Shown here: positions 10,590 to 23,813 of the stretch, piece after piece | Numbering within the stretch: the first letter of the stretch is position 1 | Layout: each line of letters starts with the position of its first letter | Source of the DNA: Octopus vulgaris | Taxonomy: Eukaryota | Reading direction: 5' to 3' | NCBI GenBank assembly: GCA_951406725.2 | Contig: OX597819.1 | Span: forward strand, 58,280,001-58,344,000 | Length of the DNA stretch: 64,000 nucleotides | The notes under the pieces: model-generated | The model's database searches: none | What the model was told of the DNA's origin: nothing | What the model saw: only the letters and a program-made list of their open reading frames with translations | Program-made: the position numbers and the translations under genes

Positions 10590-13477
10590 CATACATGTAC
10601 ATACATATATACATACACACACACATATATGTATACACACACACGTATTCATATAAATTTATCAAACACAGAAACATTCATAAAATAAACACCAACTGGA
10701 AAGCTTTTAAACTGAACATGTTAATATAGACAGATATAAATCAAAATAACACAACATAATCCACACTGCAGCAGAATGCGAGACAACCATGTCACTGTGC
10801 TTGTCTGCTGCAAATTATTCTCTCAATGAAATAACATCATTACTCACAAACATTTTCCTCAAGAGACAGGTCATATTGCTGTGAAGCCTTAGGCAAAGTG
10901 GTCCTTCAAAATATGTTTTTAAACTTCCATTCATTGTATTTGTTATGCTGTTTTATCAGGCAGTTTAAACAGTAACTGACACTGCCTGCTCACTCCCCGT
11001 TCCCGCTTTCTCTCTCTCTCTCTCGCCTTCTCTCTCTTCTTCACCTTCTCCCTCTACTATTGTCCTCAATACTTTTGTTTTTCAAAAAATGTTAGGCTTC
11101 ACAACCTATTTAGCAGCTAATTAAACATCCCGCATTGTTTAACTCTTGGATTCTCTAACCTCATTTGTCTGATGTCCTTTTGTCATATATAGGTAAGTGT
11201 CACACCCCAGTCCCTTTCTCCCCCACCCCACCCCTAGTTACACCATGTTACCCAGTTTAACAAACTACCCCACCTGGCATATACATGCCTTTAGAGGAGT
11301 TCACTTTGCTGCAGGCATTGAGACCAGGTCCCCAACAGGGGTTTTCTGTCACCTCTCATTTCATCATCAACCTTTGCATTTCCCAAAGATGCCGAAAACT
11401 AGAACTAGACCTGCTGAACAATTTTTCCTTCTCATCTCAGCCCAACACAATCCCTCATATCACTTCCTATTAACATACAAATGCTCTTCTTTCTACTAGT
11501 TTGGAATCTTTGGTTCAGTGTCAAAATGTGTCTTCATTCTGTCTTTTCTGTAGTTATTTCCATGGTCATAGCACTGATGAGCTCTATGGTCTACTCATCA
11601 CCCACTTCTCTTCCCATGTGCATTGCTTCTTAGTCAAGCTACCTGTTAGTCGCAAGTCCTTTTATTCTAATAGTTCCATTCTTCAAACTGCTTCTCTCTG
11701 GAACTCACACCCATCATCTTGTTTTTTTATTAGTCTATGATATTCAGTCTTCTAAGCTGCTTGTCAATCAATTTCTTTTGAATTAGGACCCCTTTTTAAC
11801 CCCCTTCTTTCTAGATCTTTACACTACAGCAAAGGGACCGATAGATTAAGTACTAGGTTTACAAAGAATAAGTCCTGGGGTCAACTAAAGGCGATGCTCC
11901 AACATGGCCACAGTCAAATGACTGAAACAAGTAAAAGAGTATATAAGCCTTATTTGAGACACTATCATATAAAAAAATATCCTACATTTTATTTTTCTCC
12001 AAGGTGAAAATCTTTTAACTCCTATCTAAAGTTCATGTCTACAGTTCAGACTAGAGTTCACATTAAATATTCATTGTGAAAGATGCCTTTCTGCACGTAA
12101 GGAGCTTCCACTCTACCTACAACTTACTTCTCTCCTCTGGGTATTAGCATAAAAGACTTTGTTGCTAACATCTTCCAGTACCTTTCATTCAGTCTCCCTC
12201 CTCCACCCCTCACACTTCCAAATACATCTGCTTCTCCAACCATCAACAACTTTCTGAGACTATTTCTTGCACTGAGGGAATCTATCTCACTTAGTCCCTC
12301 TCCAAAGCCATCAGCCTCTGTAATCACATCACTTACAATTCCTCAAGTCTCTCAAACCCATCTCACACTGGCGCTGTTTTTGTAGAAACTGAAACTTTTG
12401 CAATCCTCAGCTCTCCTCCTCAACTCATTCTATCCCCTTCATGTACCTCTAACTGACTTAAAACCAATCCAAAATCACTGAACCCATTTCTGAGCCCCCA
12501 AACCCAACTTCAATCAGAACACTTTAACACTTATCAGATTGTCCAACCAGTCATTTATCCTGACAAACCATCACACAAATTCATATCACCTCTACTCAGA
12601 CACTCTCGACTCTTTCATCTTTCCTCTTGCTCATTATGTAATCTATGTCCATCTCCTCCTCCTCGTCATTGTCCTCATCATCCTTGTCGTCCTCCTCCTC
12701 TTCGGCAGCATCATTATCATCATCATCATCTAGACATTATTGTCTTGAGTCATAGGACTCATAGGGCCAGTTACCTGGTTTCAATACATGACCAAAATCA
12801 CATTTCCCAAATGAACAGGATGCCAGACCATTGCAGGGTAACTCGTTTACAGCTGAGTGGACTGGAGCAACATGAAATGCTCAGAAAAACAATGCACTGC
12901 TCAGTCTGGGAATTGAAACCATGATCGTGCAATTGTGAGTGCAACACCCTAACCACTAAGCCATATGCCTTCACTCCTTAGGCCCTATAATAAACAATAC
13001 ACTGAGTCTTTCCTTGCCAAAATGTCAGCCTTCTGGAATTCCCAAAGCAATGGAATGGTTATGGAATATACATCAATATGGAATACACATCAATAAAAGA
13101 ATGGAATGGAATATACATCAATTCACATGAGTTAGGGAATACATGTAATAATGACAAAAGAGAAATTAAAATATGAAAAACCCCAACCCGAAAATGACCC
13201 TTGCGGTCTTGCATTTCTTCAAATACTCTGAAATATATTTTCAGGAGTGATTTTAGTTTTAAAACTAAATTCTTGCATAAGCCTGAAATCTATGAGTTGA
13301 TAAAAATAGAGCTAGAATTGTAATGTTTATCTCTTTTCCAAAAGAATTAACAGCTGAATATAAATGAAATGGTTTCAACCAAGAATCAAAACAAAGTGAC
13401 CAGAAGCACTACTCAACAATACTTGTTTTGTTTTGATATTTCCATACTTAAAGATGATTAAAGAAATCAATATTTCA

Positions 13478-13698
13478 CCCTTTACCATTTAACCTGGCCG
13501 TATTCAGCCCAAATATTCTACCTATTTTATGATCAACCTGGCCAGATGTAGCCTTTTACACTTGCCTTACAATATCATTCTGAAAATAAACAATTGCCTC
13601 ATTGAAATCTTGAAGCTACAAGATACTACATGATTAATTCAAAAGAATGTGAATAAATAAGCATCACATTCAACACAGTAATCTAAAATGGTAAAGGG
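13478..13698. mobile_element. piggyBac-like MITE
   Basis: Perfect 13-bp TIRs CCCTTTACCATTT / AAATGGTAAAGGG, flanked by TTCA (decayed TTAA) and TTAA. Confidence 0.65.
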
Positions 13699-13750
13699 TT
13701 AAAGAATGAAAATATTAAAAAAAAAATGTACACACAGCTTGTTTACTCAC

Positions 13751-13823
13751 TGTTTTTAGTTGATCCACGTAACATGACATTGCTTCCTCCTTGGACATCT
13801 TTCCAAGTTTATTCCATGCTTCC
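13751..13823 (-). CDS. ACBD5: ACBD5-like gene, coding exon 3 (WEAWNKLGKMSKEEAMSCYVDQLKT)
   Basis: ACB-domain motif AWxxLGxMSKEEAMxxYV. Acceptor tttcctatttacag, donor gtgagt, 73 nt. Confidence 0.95.
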
Positions 13824-14334
13824 CTGTAAATAGGAAAACGGAAACAAAACCAATGAATACAAGAAGTTTTCATTCAATTAGACTTTCATCATCTGATGTC
13901 CTACAGAGCAGTGTTAGGAGGGACCTGCAAGGATTGAAAAAAAGGGATGACAAAAGAGGGTGGGCAAATACGTATTGCACTTGCACCTTTTTAACCCTTT
14001 CATTATCATATTTATTTTGAGGTGCTCTGTGTTTCTTTCAATTAATTTGAAATATAACAAAGAATTTAGTAAAATCACTTAGTTATCATTAAGTTAGTGT
14101 TAGGAACATAAATTGTGACTAAGGTTTGGTGGGAGATTTTAATTGAAAACTTATGAAAACAAGACATTTGTACTATATATAAAAAAAAAGAATTTTACAA
14201 TTACTTTATCTACGATGTATTGAGTACTACCCCAAGTACTGACTTAGATCATAAGTGCACTTAATGAGAGCCAACTTGTGACCAAAGAACAATGACAAGA
14301 GCAAATAAAAGTAACTTAAAGCGTCAATAGCTAC

Positions 14335-14455
14335 CATTTGGCTTTCTTGACCACATCCCAAAAGTTTGGTTTCGGAGCTGTGCAATGACCTTCTGTTGCT
14401 TGTTTGTAGAAGGCATAAAACTTCAACAACATCTCATTTGAAGGCTGAAAGGACC
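14335..14455 (-). CDS. ACBD5: ACBD5-like gene, coding exon 2 ([41 protein letters not shown])
   Basis: ACB-domain signatures YKQATxG and KPxFWD...AKW. Acceptor ...tgtcaacag, donor gtagct, 121 nt, phases 1/2 consistent with neighbours. Confidence 0.95.
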
Positions 14456-14559
14456 CTGTTGACAGAATAAGAACAGACAACACATTGAGTTAACATAATC
14501 AAAGCAGACTATGAGGGTAAAAAAATATGAATATAACCAAAATACATCAACAACCATAT

Positions 14560-14952
14560 TCTTTCTTTTATTTGTCTTTGGTTGTTTGACTGCAGCCATA
14601 CTGGAGCACTGCCTTTAGTCAAACAAACTGACCCCAGGACTTATTCTTTGTAAGCCAAGTACTTATTCTATTGGTGTCTTTTGCCGAAGCGCTAAGAGAT
14701 GGGGACGTAAACACACTAACATCAGTTGTCAAGCAATGGTGGTAAACACACAACATCAGTTGTCAAGCATATACATATATATGTGTGCATGTGTGTGTGT
14801 ATGTGTGTGATGGGTTTCTTTCAGTTTCCTTCTACCAAATCCACTCACAAGGCTTTGGTCAGCCCAAGGCTATAGTAGAAGACACTATACATACAGTGGG
14901 ACTGAACCTGGAACCATGTGGTTGGGAAGCAAGCACCTAACCACACAGCCTA
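14560..14952 (-). mobile_element. SINE family B copy
   Basis: Similar to the other family B copies. Confidence 0.8.
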
Positions 14953-17900
14953 TATTCATATTTATCATCTTTACGATTTGTATCGTCATCTTCATAATCA
15001 TCATTGTTATCTTCATCATTACCATCTTCACTGTTATCATTAACATTATCCTTAATGTAATTATCATTTTCTTCAACAGAAGAGCCGATCACTATAAGTA
15101 GACAGAACACGAGGAAGAGGGAGACCCAGGAAGATATGGCATGAAATACTGAAGATGGTGAACCATTCAGACAAGATGACAAACGACCAAGATACCTGGC
15201 ATCTCGTTGTACTCAAGAAGACCTGTCCTCCACAGCAGAAATGTTCAGGCTGTTTCCCCTGGTGAAGAGGATTGACCTGCAAGAGTCTTGTGCCGGTGCC
15301 ACATAAGAGCATTCATGCAGTGCCACATAAAAAAGCACCCAGCACACTCTGTAAAGAGGTTGGTGTTAAGAAGGGCATCCAGCCCTAGAAACTATGCCAA
15401 ATCAGACTAGAGCCTGGTGCAACTCTCCAACTTGCTAGCTCTGATCAAACCGTTTGTTGAGACTATGATAAAATGCACCCAGAACATTTGTAGAGTAGTT
15501 GGCACTAGGAAGGGCACCCAGTGCCAGTGCCTCTTTGATTTTCAGATATTGTTATAAACCACTTAATCTATTGGTATCTCTACAGAGAATGTATTGAACA
15601 TTCTCAACACATGTGCATGTGAAGTGGCTGAATAGGTAAGACACCGGACAATTAGATTTTGGGGCATGGGTTCAAACCTGATTTCAAATATAGGACTGAA
15701 CCTGGAACCATGTGGTTGGGAAGCAAGCTTCTTACCACACAGCCATGCTTTATCAACAAAAATGCATAAAAACCTAACAATTAGAAACTAATTTGTAGAC
15801 CAATATATTCCTCAATCTTATCTTAACCTCCAGTACCAATGTTCACTAATTTACATTGTTATTATGATTACATCAAATTAAATGAACTATCTACTGACTG
15901 GCAACAATTAGATTAGACTGATGCCATTATATCTCATCACACACACGCACACACATACATGCTTCATCATCTTCAAATTTCAATAATTCATTTATGAGGA
16001 TTATCTAGAGTTAAAAGAAAGTCTGAACAGATTTATCAAATAGTAGAACCAGTAATATGAGATAACTAAATTAAAGGATTAATTTTTAACTGTGGGTGTT
16101 ATTGATGTTGTTGTTGTTGTTGGAATTAAACCACAGGTCAGCCCTGGCCAAACAGACAAATGATCAAAGACATTCTAAAAGTGACTGTCAAGATATCTTT
16201 AAAATTCATCAACAAATAGAAATTCACTAAAATAGACCCTCATTTCAGGAAACTGACTGGAAGGCAAAACTTTACCCCACCCCGACTTCACCTTCCTCTC
16301 CAAACAGCAATTGAAGGGCTCAGTAACAAAAAAAAAATCCCATTTATGTTAAAATATGATAAGAGATGTGATACAAGAAAAAAAATGGGAACAAAAAGTA
16401 TTTTTATTTAAAGAAAAGAAACTTAATTACTTCTGAAAATAAAAACAAGATACAAAAACATGAATTTTGACAGAGGGGTATAGTTGATTTAATCAATCTT
16501 ATTAGTTCACTGTTACTTGATTTAATTGGTCTCTCTCACCACCACCACCACCAGATTGTTAAAGGACTAAGTCCACCCAAGTGGTGGTTCAATTTCTGAA
16601 TTCAGAACCTACTAGAAAGACTCTCATCCAACTGCTTTGGCCCTTAACTCCTTACATTCTAAGGAGGCCAGACCAGATTCAGGTAATGATTCCTCGATAC
16701 TCCTCAGTTGTGACATTCTACAGTCTACATTGCAATCATCCTGGATGGTTAAGGTACCCCAGAGCCAGGGTACCAGGGTACTCTGGGTGTTGTAACCAGT
16801 TCAGTCAAAGACACCAGTTGACAGTAAGATAAATTATGCCTTTTAAAGTTCATTTCCATTCTTCCATGACCAAAACCAGTTGTAACTTTTCTCACCTGTT
16901 TCTGCCATTACCTTAAGGACTCTTCTTAAATTTTCTTTCTCCAAGAAGTTGAGAGTCATTTCAAGAGTCCATAGGTAGATCTACCCGCAAACCCTTTCAC
17001 ACGCACCTCTATACCAACATGCAACAAACTTACTCCGTAGTATCTTCTTCCATGTTCGATGGTCATATATACACTGGGTGTAAGACAAAATGAGTCTAAT
17101 TCAATGCTGAATATCCCTCATTGGGAGCCTCTATGTGGTCACTCAACTAACTAGAAATAGCAGCTAAATCTCTAAAACTAATTTCTTCACACACACACAC
17201 CATCTCTGAAAAGGACATGTTAGGAAATATGGTTCCTGGGTACCCTGCACATAGGAAAAAGACAGAATGGTTATGGCTTGAAATGCCCTTGATCGCAGCT
17301 CTCTTGGATTCAGCAACAGTGCTAGTAGTAGTACTACTAGTATGACTTGTCACCAACACACAGCTGTTTGTTTATATTGCAGTATTGTATACTAATAAGA
17401 GAGAGAAAAATGGGTGATAGAAAAGCAGAGGAAGGGAAAGGGAGGGAAATGTGAAGAAGGGTGTGAGGAAGGGAGAGAGAAAGAGAGAGAGGTCGGAAAA
17501 CATGAATGGGATTGGTAAATAATTTAAGAAAAAGCATTTACTGTTTTGTTTTGTGTGTGTGTGAGTGTGTGTGTGTGTGTGCGCCCACACTCAGCCTTGA
17601 CTATGTTCACTTACAGACCTGTTGACACAAATCTCTTCATATTGTGTGAGTGTGTGTATGTGTGTGTATGTACATATGCACGTGTGTATACATGTGTGTG
17701 TGTGTATATGTGCATGCATGTATGTGTATACATGTGTGTGTATACATGTGTGTGTGTGTGTTTGTGTACTCAGCCTTAGCTATGTTCACCTACAGACCTG
17801 TTAACATAAGTCTCTTCATATCAATTGAATATGTGTATGTGTGTGTGTGTGTGTGTGAATATTGTTTAACTCTTTAAATGCAATATTAAAGTGCATGGTT

Positions 17901-18291
17901 ATTCCATTAAGGATTTTAAATATCTATTCAAAAGCAGAACTGGCAGCTTCTACAAATCACATTTGCCTCAATAAACTTGACACACCTCAACAAAAGAATA
18001 GTTCCAAACATGACATTCCTCAACAAAATATAGATTGGTATATAAAACTGCTTTCTGCATTCAAGGCTAATGAAATTTTCAGTGGTTATATCTCATTTCT
18101 GAAGTAGAAGGAATTAACTTCAGGCCTAGAGTGAAAGACATTTCTAGCAATGACCATTTCATCTTTTATAATAATCTAGGACAACATTACCATGTGTACT
18201 CTAAAATATCATCATCATCATCATCATTCGTCATTGACATCATCAACATCAATGTTGTCGTCATCACCAACTCACCACCACCACCACCATC

Positions 18292-18323
<32 letters not shown>

Positions 18324-18379
18324 TCGTCATTGACATCATCAACATCAATGTCGTCATCATCACCAACTCAACCACCACC

Positions 18380-18950
18380 ACCATCGTTTAACATCCGTTT
18401 TTCCATGTTGGCATGGGTTGGATGGTTTGACTGGGGTCTGGAGAGCTAGCAGCTTCACCAGGCTCCAATCTGATCTGGCAATATTTCTACAGCTGGATGC
18501 CCTTTCTAACACCAACCACTCTGAGAATGTAGTGGGTGTTTTTTATGTGCCACCAGCACAGAAGCCAATCAGGTGGCCCTGGCGTCGATCACGTTTGAAT
18601 AGTGCTTTTTACGTGCCACTAGCATGGGAGCCAGTCATACAGCCCTGGTATTGATCACAATCAGATAATGCTTTTTACGTGCCACTGGCATGGTAGCCAG
18701 TCAGGCAGCCTGGCATCAATCACATTTGGATAGTGCATTTCACATGCCACCAGTATGAGAGCCAGTCAGGTGGCTCTGGCATCGATCATGTTCGGAGAGT
18801 GCTCTTTACATGTAACCGGCACGAGAGCCAGTCAGGCAGCTCTGGCATCAATCACTTTCAGATAGTGCTTTTTATATGCCCCTGGCACAGAAACCAGTCA
18901 GGGGGCATTGTCATCGGCCACATTCAGATGATGCTTTTTACATGCCACTA
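18380..18950 (-). mobile_element. SINE family C (RTE-like (GAT)n tail) with an internal ~62-bp tandem array
   Basis: atcgtttaacatccgtttttccatg...ctggatgccctt.ctaac.ccaaccactc. Unit gtgcttttta(c/t)gtgccac..gcac.ggagccagtca repeats about 7 times over 18535-18950. Confidence 0.7.
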
Positions 18951-19195
18951 TTTCATAAAAAACAGTTAGTGTGATTTGAGAAGGATTTGACTGCTATTTT
19001 TAATAGGACAACCAAACACACGGAGGCTTCCTCATTGCCAGCATAACTTAGTCAACAGAGCATAACTTTTTTGGCCAATAGTTATTTTAAAGTTTATTTA
19101 TCAAACTGATTTTATTATTTCGTTAAATCTTTTGTCTATTTTTTACACGTTTCAGCCACTGGAATGCAGCTATGCAGGAACTTCAAATTTATTTC

Positions 19196-19590
19196 ATTAC
19201 CTCCGCCAAGGAAGGAGGTTATGTTTTCATCGGCTTTGGTTTGTCCGTCTGTGTGCAAAATAACTCAAAAAGTTGCAAACGGTATTTGCAGGAAAAGTTG
19301 GTAATGACACAAGGAACAGGTGATGAAATTTTGGTAGTGATCCGAGAATTTTTATCGATTCTTGAAGGATTTCTCATTTGTTATATTTACTTTACATGAA
19401 GTATTACAATGTTACATTCTTTGATTATCTCCCTTGAAAACACGTTCATCATTTTCACGTAACCTATGGTGGCGTTGCTGTTTCCAAAGTTTATTTTCGT
19501 TTCTCTATTAGTAATTTTATTTTCGTGAATCTATCTATCTTAAAATGAGCTGCTTGGCGGAGGTCTGCACTCTCCAAGTACTTTGCTAGT
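19196..19590 (+). mobile_element. Helentron-associated/HINE (DINE-1-like) non-autonomous rolling-circle element
   Basis: Perfect 12-bp subterminal inverted repeats ACCTCCGCCAAG (19199-19210) / CTTGGCGGAGGT (19553-19564), 3' hairpin remnant gcactct..aagtac, terminal CTAGTT. Confidence 0.75.
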
Positions 19591-19644
19591 TTATAGTTTA
19601 TTAAACTTAATATATTTATTATATCAATTTTATTTATAGTGTAC

Positions 19645-20060
19645 AGGTATTGGAATGGGAATGTGGTTAAGGAGTTTGCTTTCCAACCACAGGGTTCTGG
19701 GTTCAGTCTCAATGTGTGAAACCTTGGGCAAGTGTCTTCTATTATAGCTCTGGGCTGACCAAAGCCTTGTGAGTGGGTTTCATAGACGTAAACTGGAAGA
19801 AGCCTGTTAGATGTGTACCTCTGTGTGTGTGTCTTTGTGTCTTTGTGTCTTTGTGTCTTTGTGTCTATGTTTGTCTCCATCAATGCTTGACAACTGGTTT
19901 TGGTGTATTTATGTCCCCATAACTTAGCAGTTCAGCACAAGAGACCAATAGAATAAGTACTGGGCTTCAAAGAAGTAAATAAGTACAGGGATCAATTCAT
20001 TCAACTAAAATTTCTTCAAGGTGGTGCCCCAGCATGGCCACAGTCTAATAACTGAACAAG
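19645..20060 (+). mobile_element. SINE family B copy
   Basis: Similar to the other family B copies. Confidence 0.8.
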
Positions 20061-20188
20061 GGAATAAACATAGCCAGGTTGCTGTCTTAACCTTTTTCAG
20101 TGGAAAGCAGAAATATCCACCAAAAGATTTCACTACCCTTAACTGCAGAAAACGGTTTTATGTACCAATCTATCAATCTATCTTTTGA

Positions 20189-21324
20189 CTAGCATTAAAG
20201 ACCCGTCATTGCCGGGTCATAGTGCTAGTGCATGTATATATATGTGTATATATATATATATGTGTACATATTACATGTACATCTATATATATACATCTAT
20301 ACATAAAATACAAAATACAAAGTTATATCTTGATATCGCTAGTGATAACAATACTCAAAATATATAACAGACTGGAATTGTTAGCCCATCTCTTGTAATT
20401 TCGATCAATTGTATCTTGTCCTCCCTCTTGTATAGAAGTGTGGCTACAATCTGACGGCTGCAGCAAAATTCATGTTTGGACTTTCTTCTATCGAAGACAT
20501 TTTAACAAAAATACTTCTGTCTAAACAGTGAAAATATTGTCAATTTCCCCAAACAGGGACACAATTCAATTTTTAAACAATAACCAAAGCTCCTTCTCCC
20601 AAAGTGGGAGGGTTACGGTTTACAATTATTTAACAAATGCAACACAACAATGCTTCCCTTACGAGGAACTAACAAACGTGATAACAATAGTTAAACAGAA
20701 ATAATAACAACAAACCTTATGGTAAACCAAAAAGCAGTACTCTGTTGAAGCTATAGGCCTTTATGGATCAGAAATAAACTAACAGCGGTACTCAGTAGAA
20801 TGCTTAATGCTAGCTAATTAGCAAATAATCTAATGTAAAAGCCGTGCACACCTCCATCTGGACTATTCCATTTCTGCACTTAAATTTTATTTTTTATTTA
20901 TTCCCATTCATGTGAAACCACTGATTCAAGTTCAAGTCATTGATGCAATTTTATACCAATTGCTATATTTTTACTTTTGTTATGTTACGATAATATTATA
21001 CTTTAGTTTGATTTTAATTATTACTTACTACATATAATTCAATTGTTATTATTATTTTTATTGTTAAAGTGAATGTATCTGACATAAAATAGAGAAATGT
21101 TTTTGTTTCACTTTTAACACGTAATACTGAAATAGTGGAGAAGATATGATATTGCTATGGGCTCACTCTAGGCAAGAAGTTGAACATTTTTTTTGCCCAT
21201 GAAACTACATGGACCCTAAATATGGCATGTGTAAAATTTGAATGAAATTGGTTGTGTAGTTCTCAAGTTTTAGGGAAACACACAGACAGACAGACACACA
21301 TTCTCAGTTTTATATATATAAAGA
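20189..21324 (-). mobile_element. Non-autonomous Helitron
   Basis: Minus-strand 5' A|TCtttatatatataaaa; 3' hairpin GACCCG-tcattgc-CGGGTC (20200-20218) just before terminal CTAG|T. Possible decayed PIF1-type ATLL..GRT remnant near 20420-20460 (weak). Confidence 0.75.
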
Positions 21325-21372
21325 TAAGGAATGTCATGTTTGAAACTTTTCTGTTGAGATATGTCAAGTTTA

Positions 21373-22239
21373 ATACAGTTCTATATTTAAGAGATGAGGA
21401 ATTATGTACATTATTTACATTATTTACAATTGATGGATAACAATCTATTAAGCAACCACTACCCCAAAAACATACTATCTATTCCAATTATGAAGAAAGG
21501 AGAGGATGAAACCAATAAACTGTCTACAGTCTGTCTACCCTATGTGAAAGAGCTCTCCGAAAAGATACAAAAGATTTGCAGCCCATATGACGTCAGGACA
21601 GTGTTCAAGAGTAATACAACACTTCGCAAATATCTCCTTCAAGTAAAACCACCAATAGAAGAGAATATGACCAAAAACTACATGTACTCCATCCCATGCA
21701 GCTGTGGTAGGTTATACAAAGAAGAAACATGCCACCCCCTCAAAATAAGGGTAGAGGAACATAGCAAAGCTGTGACACGAGGAGATACTGATAAATCAGG
21801 TATAGCTGATCATGTATGGAAAAATGGAGACCACCTCTCCCTGTGGGATGAAGTTGAAATAATAGACAGATAACACCACTGGAAAATAGGAAAACTAAAA
21901 GAAGCAGCACATATGCTAGGACACAATAACCTCCAAAGCAGACTGAGTGCAGATAGGAATAGCAGATGGGAACCAGTATTTAGGAAGGATAGGAAAAAAA
22001 ATATTAGATTTATAAGCCCTAAAATTCACTCCATAATTGCCCACGGGCATATGATGTAGTGGTTAAGAGCATGGGCTACTAACCCCAAGATTCCAAGTTC
22101 AATTCCAGACAATGACCTGAATTTCCCCAAGACACCTGATGAAGGCTGGAGGGTATATCAACCGAAATGTTGTGTTAACAACAAACAAGATGTAAGGACA
22201 AATAACTGTGAATTGTAAATAATGTAAATACTGTAAATA
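21373..22239 (+). mobile_element. Penelope-like retroelement 3' fragment (GIY-YIG endonuclease plus pseudo-LTR)
   Basis: ORF 21394..21873: LPYVKELSEKIQKI...YSIPCSCGRLY.EET...RVEEH...SGIADH, continuing past a stop into KLKEAAH. Inverted copy of the 3' end at about 21376-21438. Flanking 12-bp direct repeat ATGTCAAGTTTA (21361-21372 / 22240-22251). Confidence 0.85.
22131..22176 (+). ncRNA. Hammerhead-ribozyme-like motif (minimal type I, PLE pLTR), slightly decayed
   Basis: acac-CTGATGA-aggctgg..tcaacc-GAAA-tg-TT-gtgt: core boxes intact, stem I acac/gtgt, imperfect stem II. Confidence 0.6.
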
Positions 22240-23349
22240 ATGTCAAGTTTACTAAGGCAATGTGACTGGCAGAAAATACCAATTCTAGTTTTGGTAGATA
22301 TTTAGCATCATGACTGGAATAACCATGAAATCTAATTTAGCAGTTAAAGGGTTAATTTGTCAGACAAATAGAATACTGCTGTTTCCTCAAAGTTTTGTCA
22401 TTTCTAGTTAATTTTTCAATGCTCTCTTTCCTAAATATCTAAAACCTTAATAAATGTGTCTCTAGATGAACAAATATACTATATTGTACATTTACTCAGT
22501 GATTCTCTTATCACTATTTCAGCAAGAACAATTAAGTATATGGTTTTCTGAAGAGGTCACAATAAGGTCAGAACATGTCTAGAGTCATCTTCCATGCTCA
22601 TCAAAATAATTAAAATACCTTTCTTAAAGTTCTCTTCATTAAATTATGTTGTCACCAGTTTAATTATACTCCAAGTGGGAGACAAAACGAGATTAAAATG
22701 GTGAGATTATAAGAAGTGAGAAAGAGTGAGAAGCAAGATAACAATGTCTTATAAATCTATTATATATTTGCAAGGAGGGGAGAATGGGAATTCAATGTGG
22801 ATGAAAGAGAAAGAAGGAATGATAAGGGAAGTAGTGGCAATTCAATGGGAGAGAAAAACAAGAAGGAATAAATACTAGATGAACTTCAATATATACTTAT
22901 GAGAGATAAACCAGTATATAATCCAGAGAGGGATTAATCTGTAAACTGCTTCAGAATCCAATGAAATCTATGTGTAGAACTAGTCTTTAAAATATCTTTG
23001 TCACTTAGAGACCTTTAAATTTTTATTCCCAATCCAACACTCATGTGTCACTTCTGATATACAACCTTAGCTATGTTGACTTACAGGTTTGTTGACACAA
23101 ATCTATTCATATAAATTATGTCTGTGTATGTGTTATGTGTGTGTGTGTGTGTGTGTGTGCATGTGCTAGTATAAACTGCATGGCTAATGTTGTCAAGGTG
23201 TTCACTTTACAGTCATGTGATCCTAAATTCGATCTCATTGAATGACACATCAGGTGTCTTCTACAATAGCCTTGGGTTAATCAATGACCTATGAGAGCAA
23301 TTCTGTAGACAAAATCTGAAATCTGTGCAGACACCTGACATAAGAGTGT

Positions 23350-23392
<43 letters not shown>

Positions 23393-23813
23393 TGTGTGTG
23401 TGTGTGTGTGTCTGTCTGTCTGTATCTTTCAGCAATTTATACAGGCAGAAGAAGTAAATAGCAACAAGAGAAACACACAACCAATCTATGCTTTTGAATA
23501 AAATACCCACTGTGGTATTTGTCCTGTTAAACTTTCTGAGACAAACATTTGTCATTCCAGACAGCCATTTGAAATGCAGAATACCACAGCTATCAGGTTA
23601 CAGGAAACTTATAACCACAAAAATTTGTCAAAATAATTAAAATACCTTTTAATGTTATCTGCATTAAATCGTCGTTAACACCAGTTAAACTACTCTCCAA
23701 AAGAAAGATAAGCCAAAATAGGATTAAAATGGAGAGATTATCAGATGAAAGAAAGAATAAGAATGAAAACATACAGATCTATTATTTGTGTATTTGTATG
23801 GAACTGAAAACAG

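Noticed and set aside
11270-12600. ORFs 11197-12327 as host exons
   Set aside because: No fit to the ACBD5 splice chain; look like heavily decayed LINE (CR1-like) remnants, too eroded to classify.
22045-22117. Functional tRNA gene
   Set aside because: Mismatched stems, and embedded in a retroelement; treated as a tRNA-derived module. The same applies to SINE heads at 3403 and 63597.
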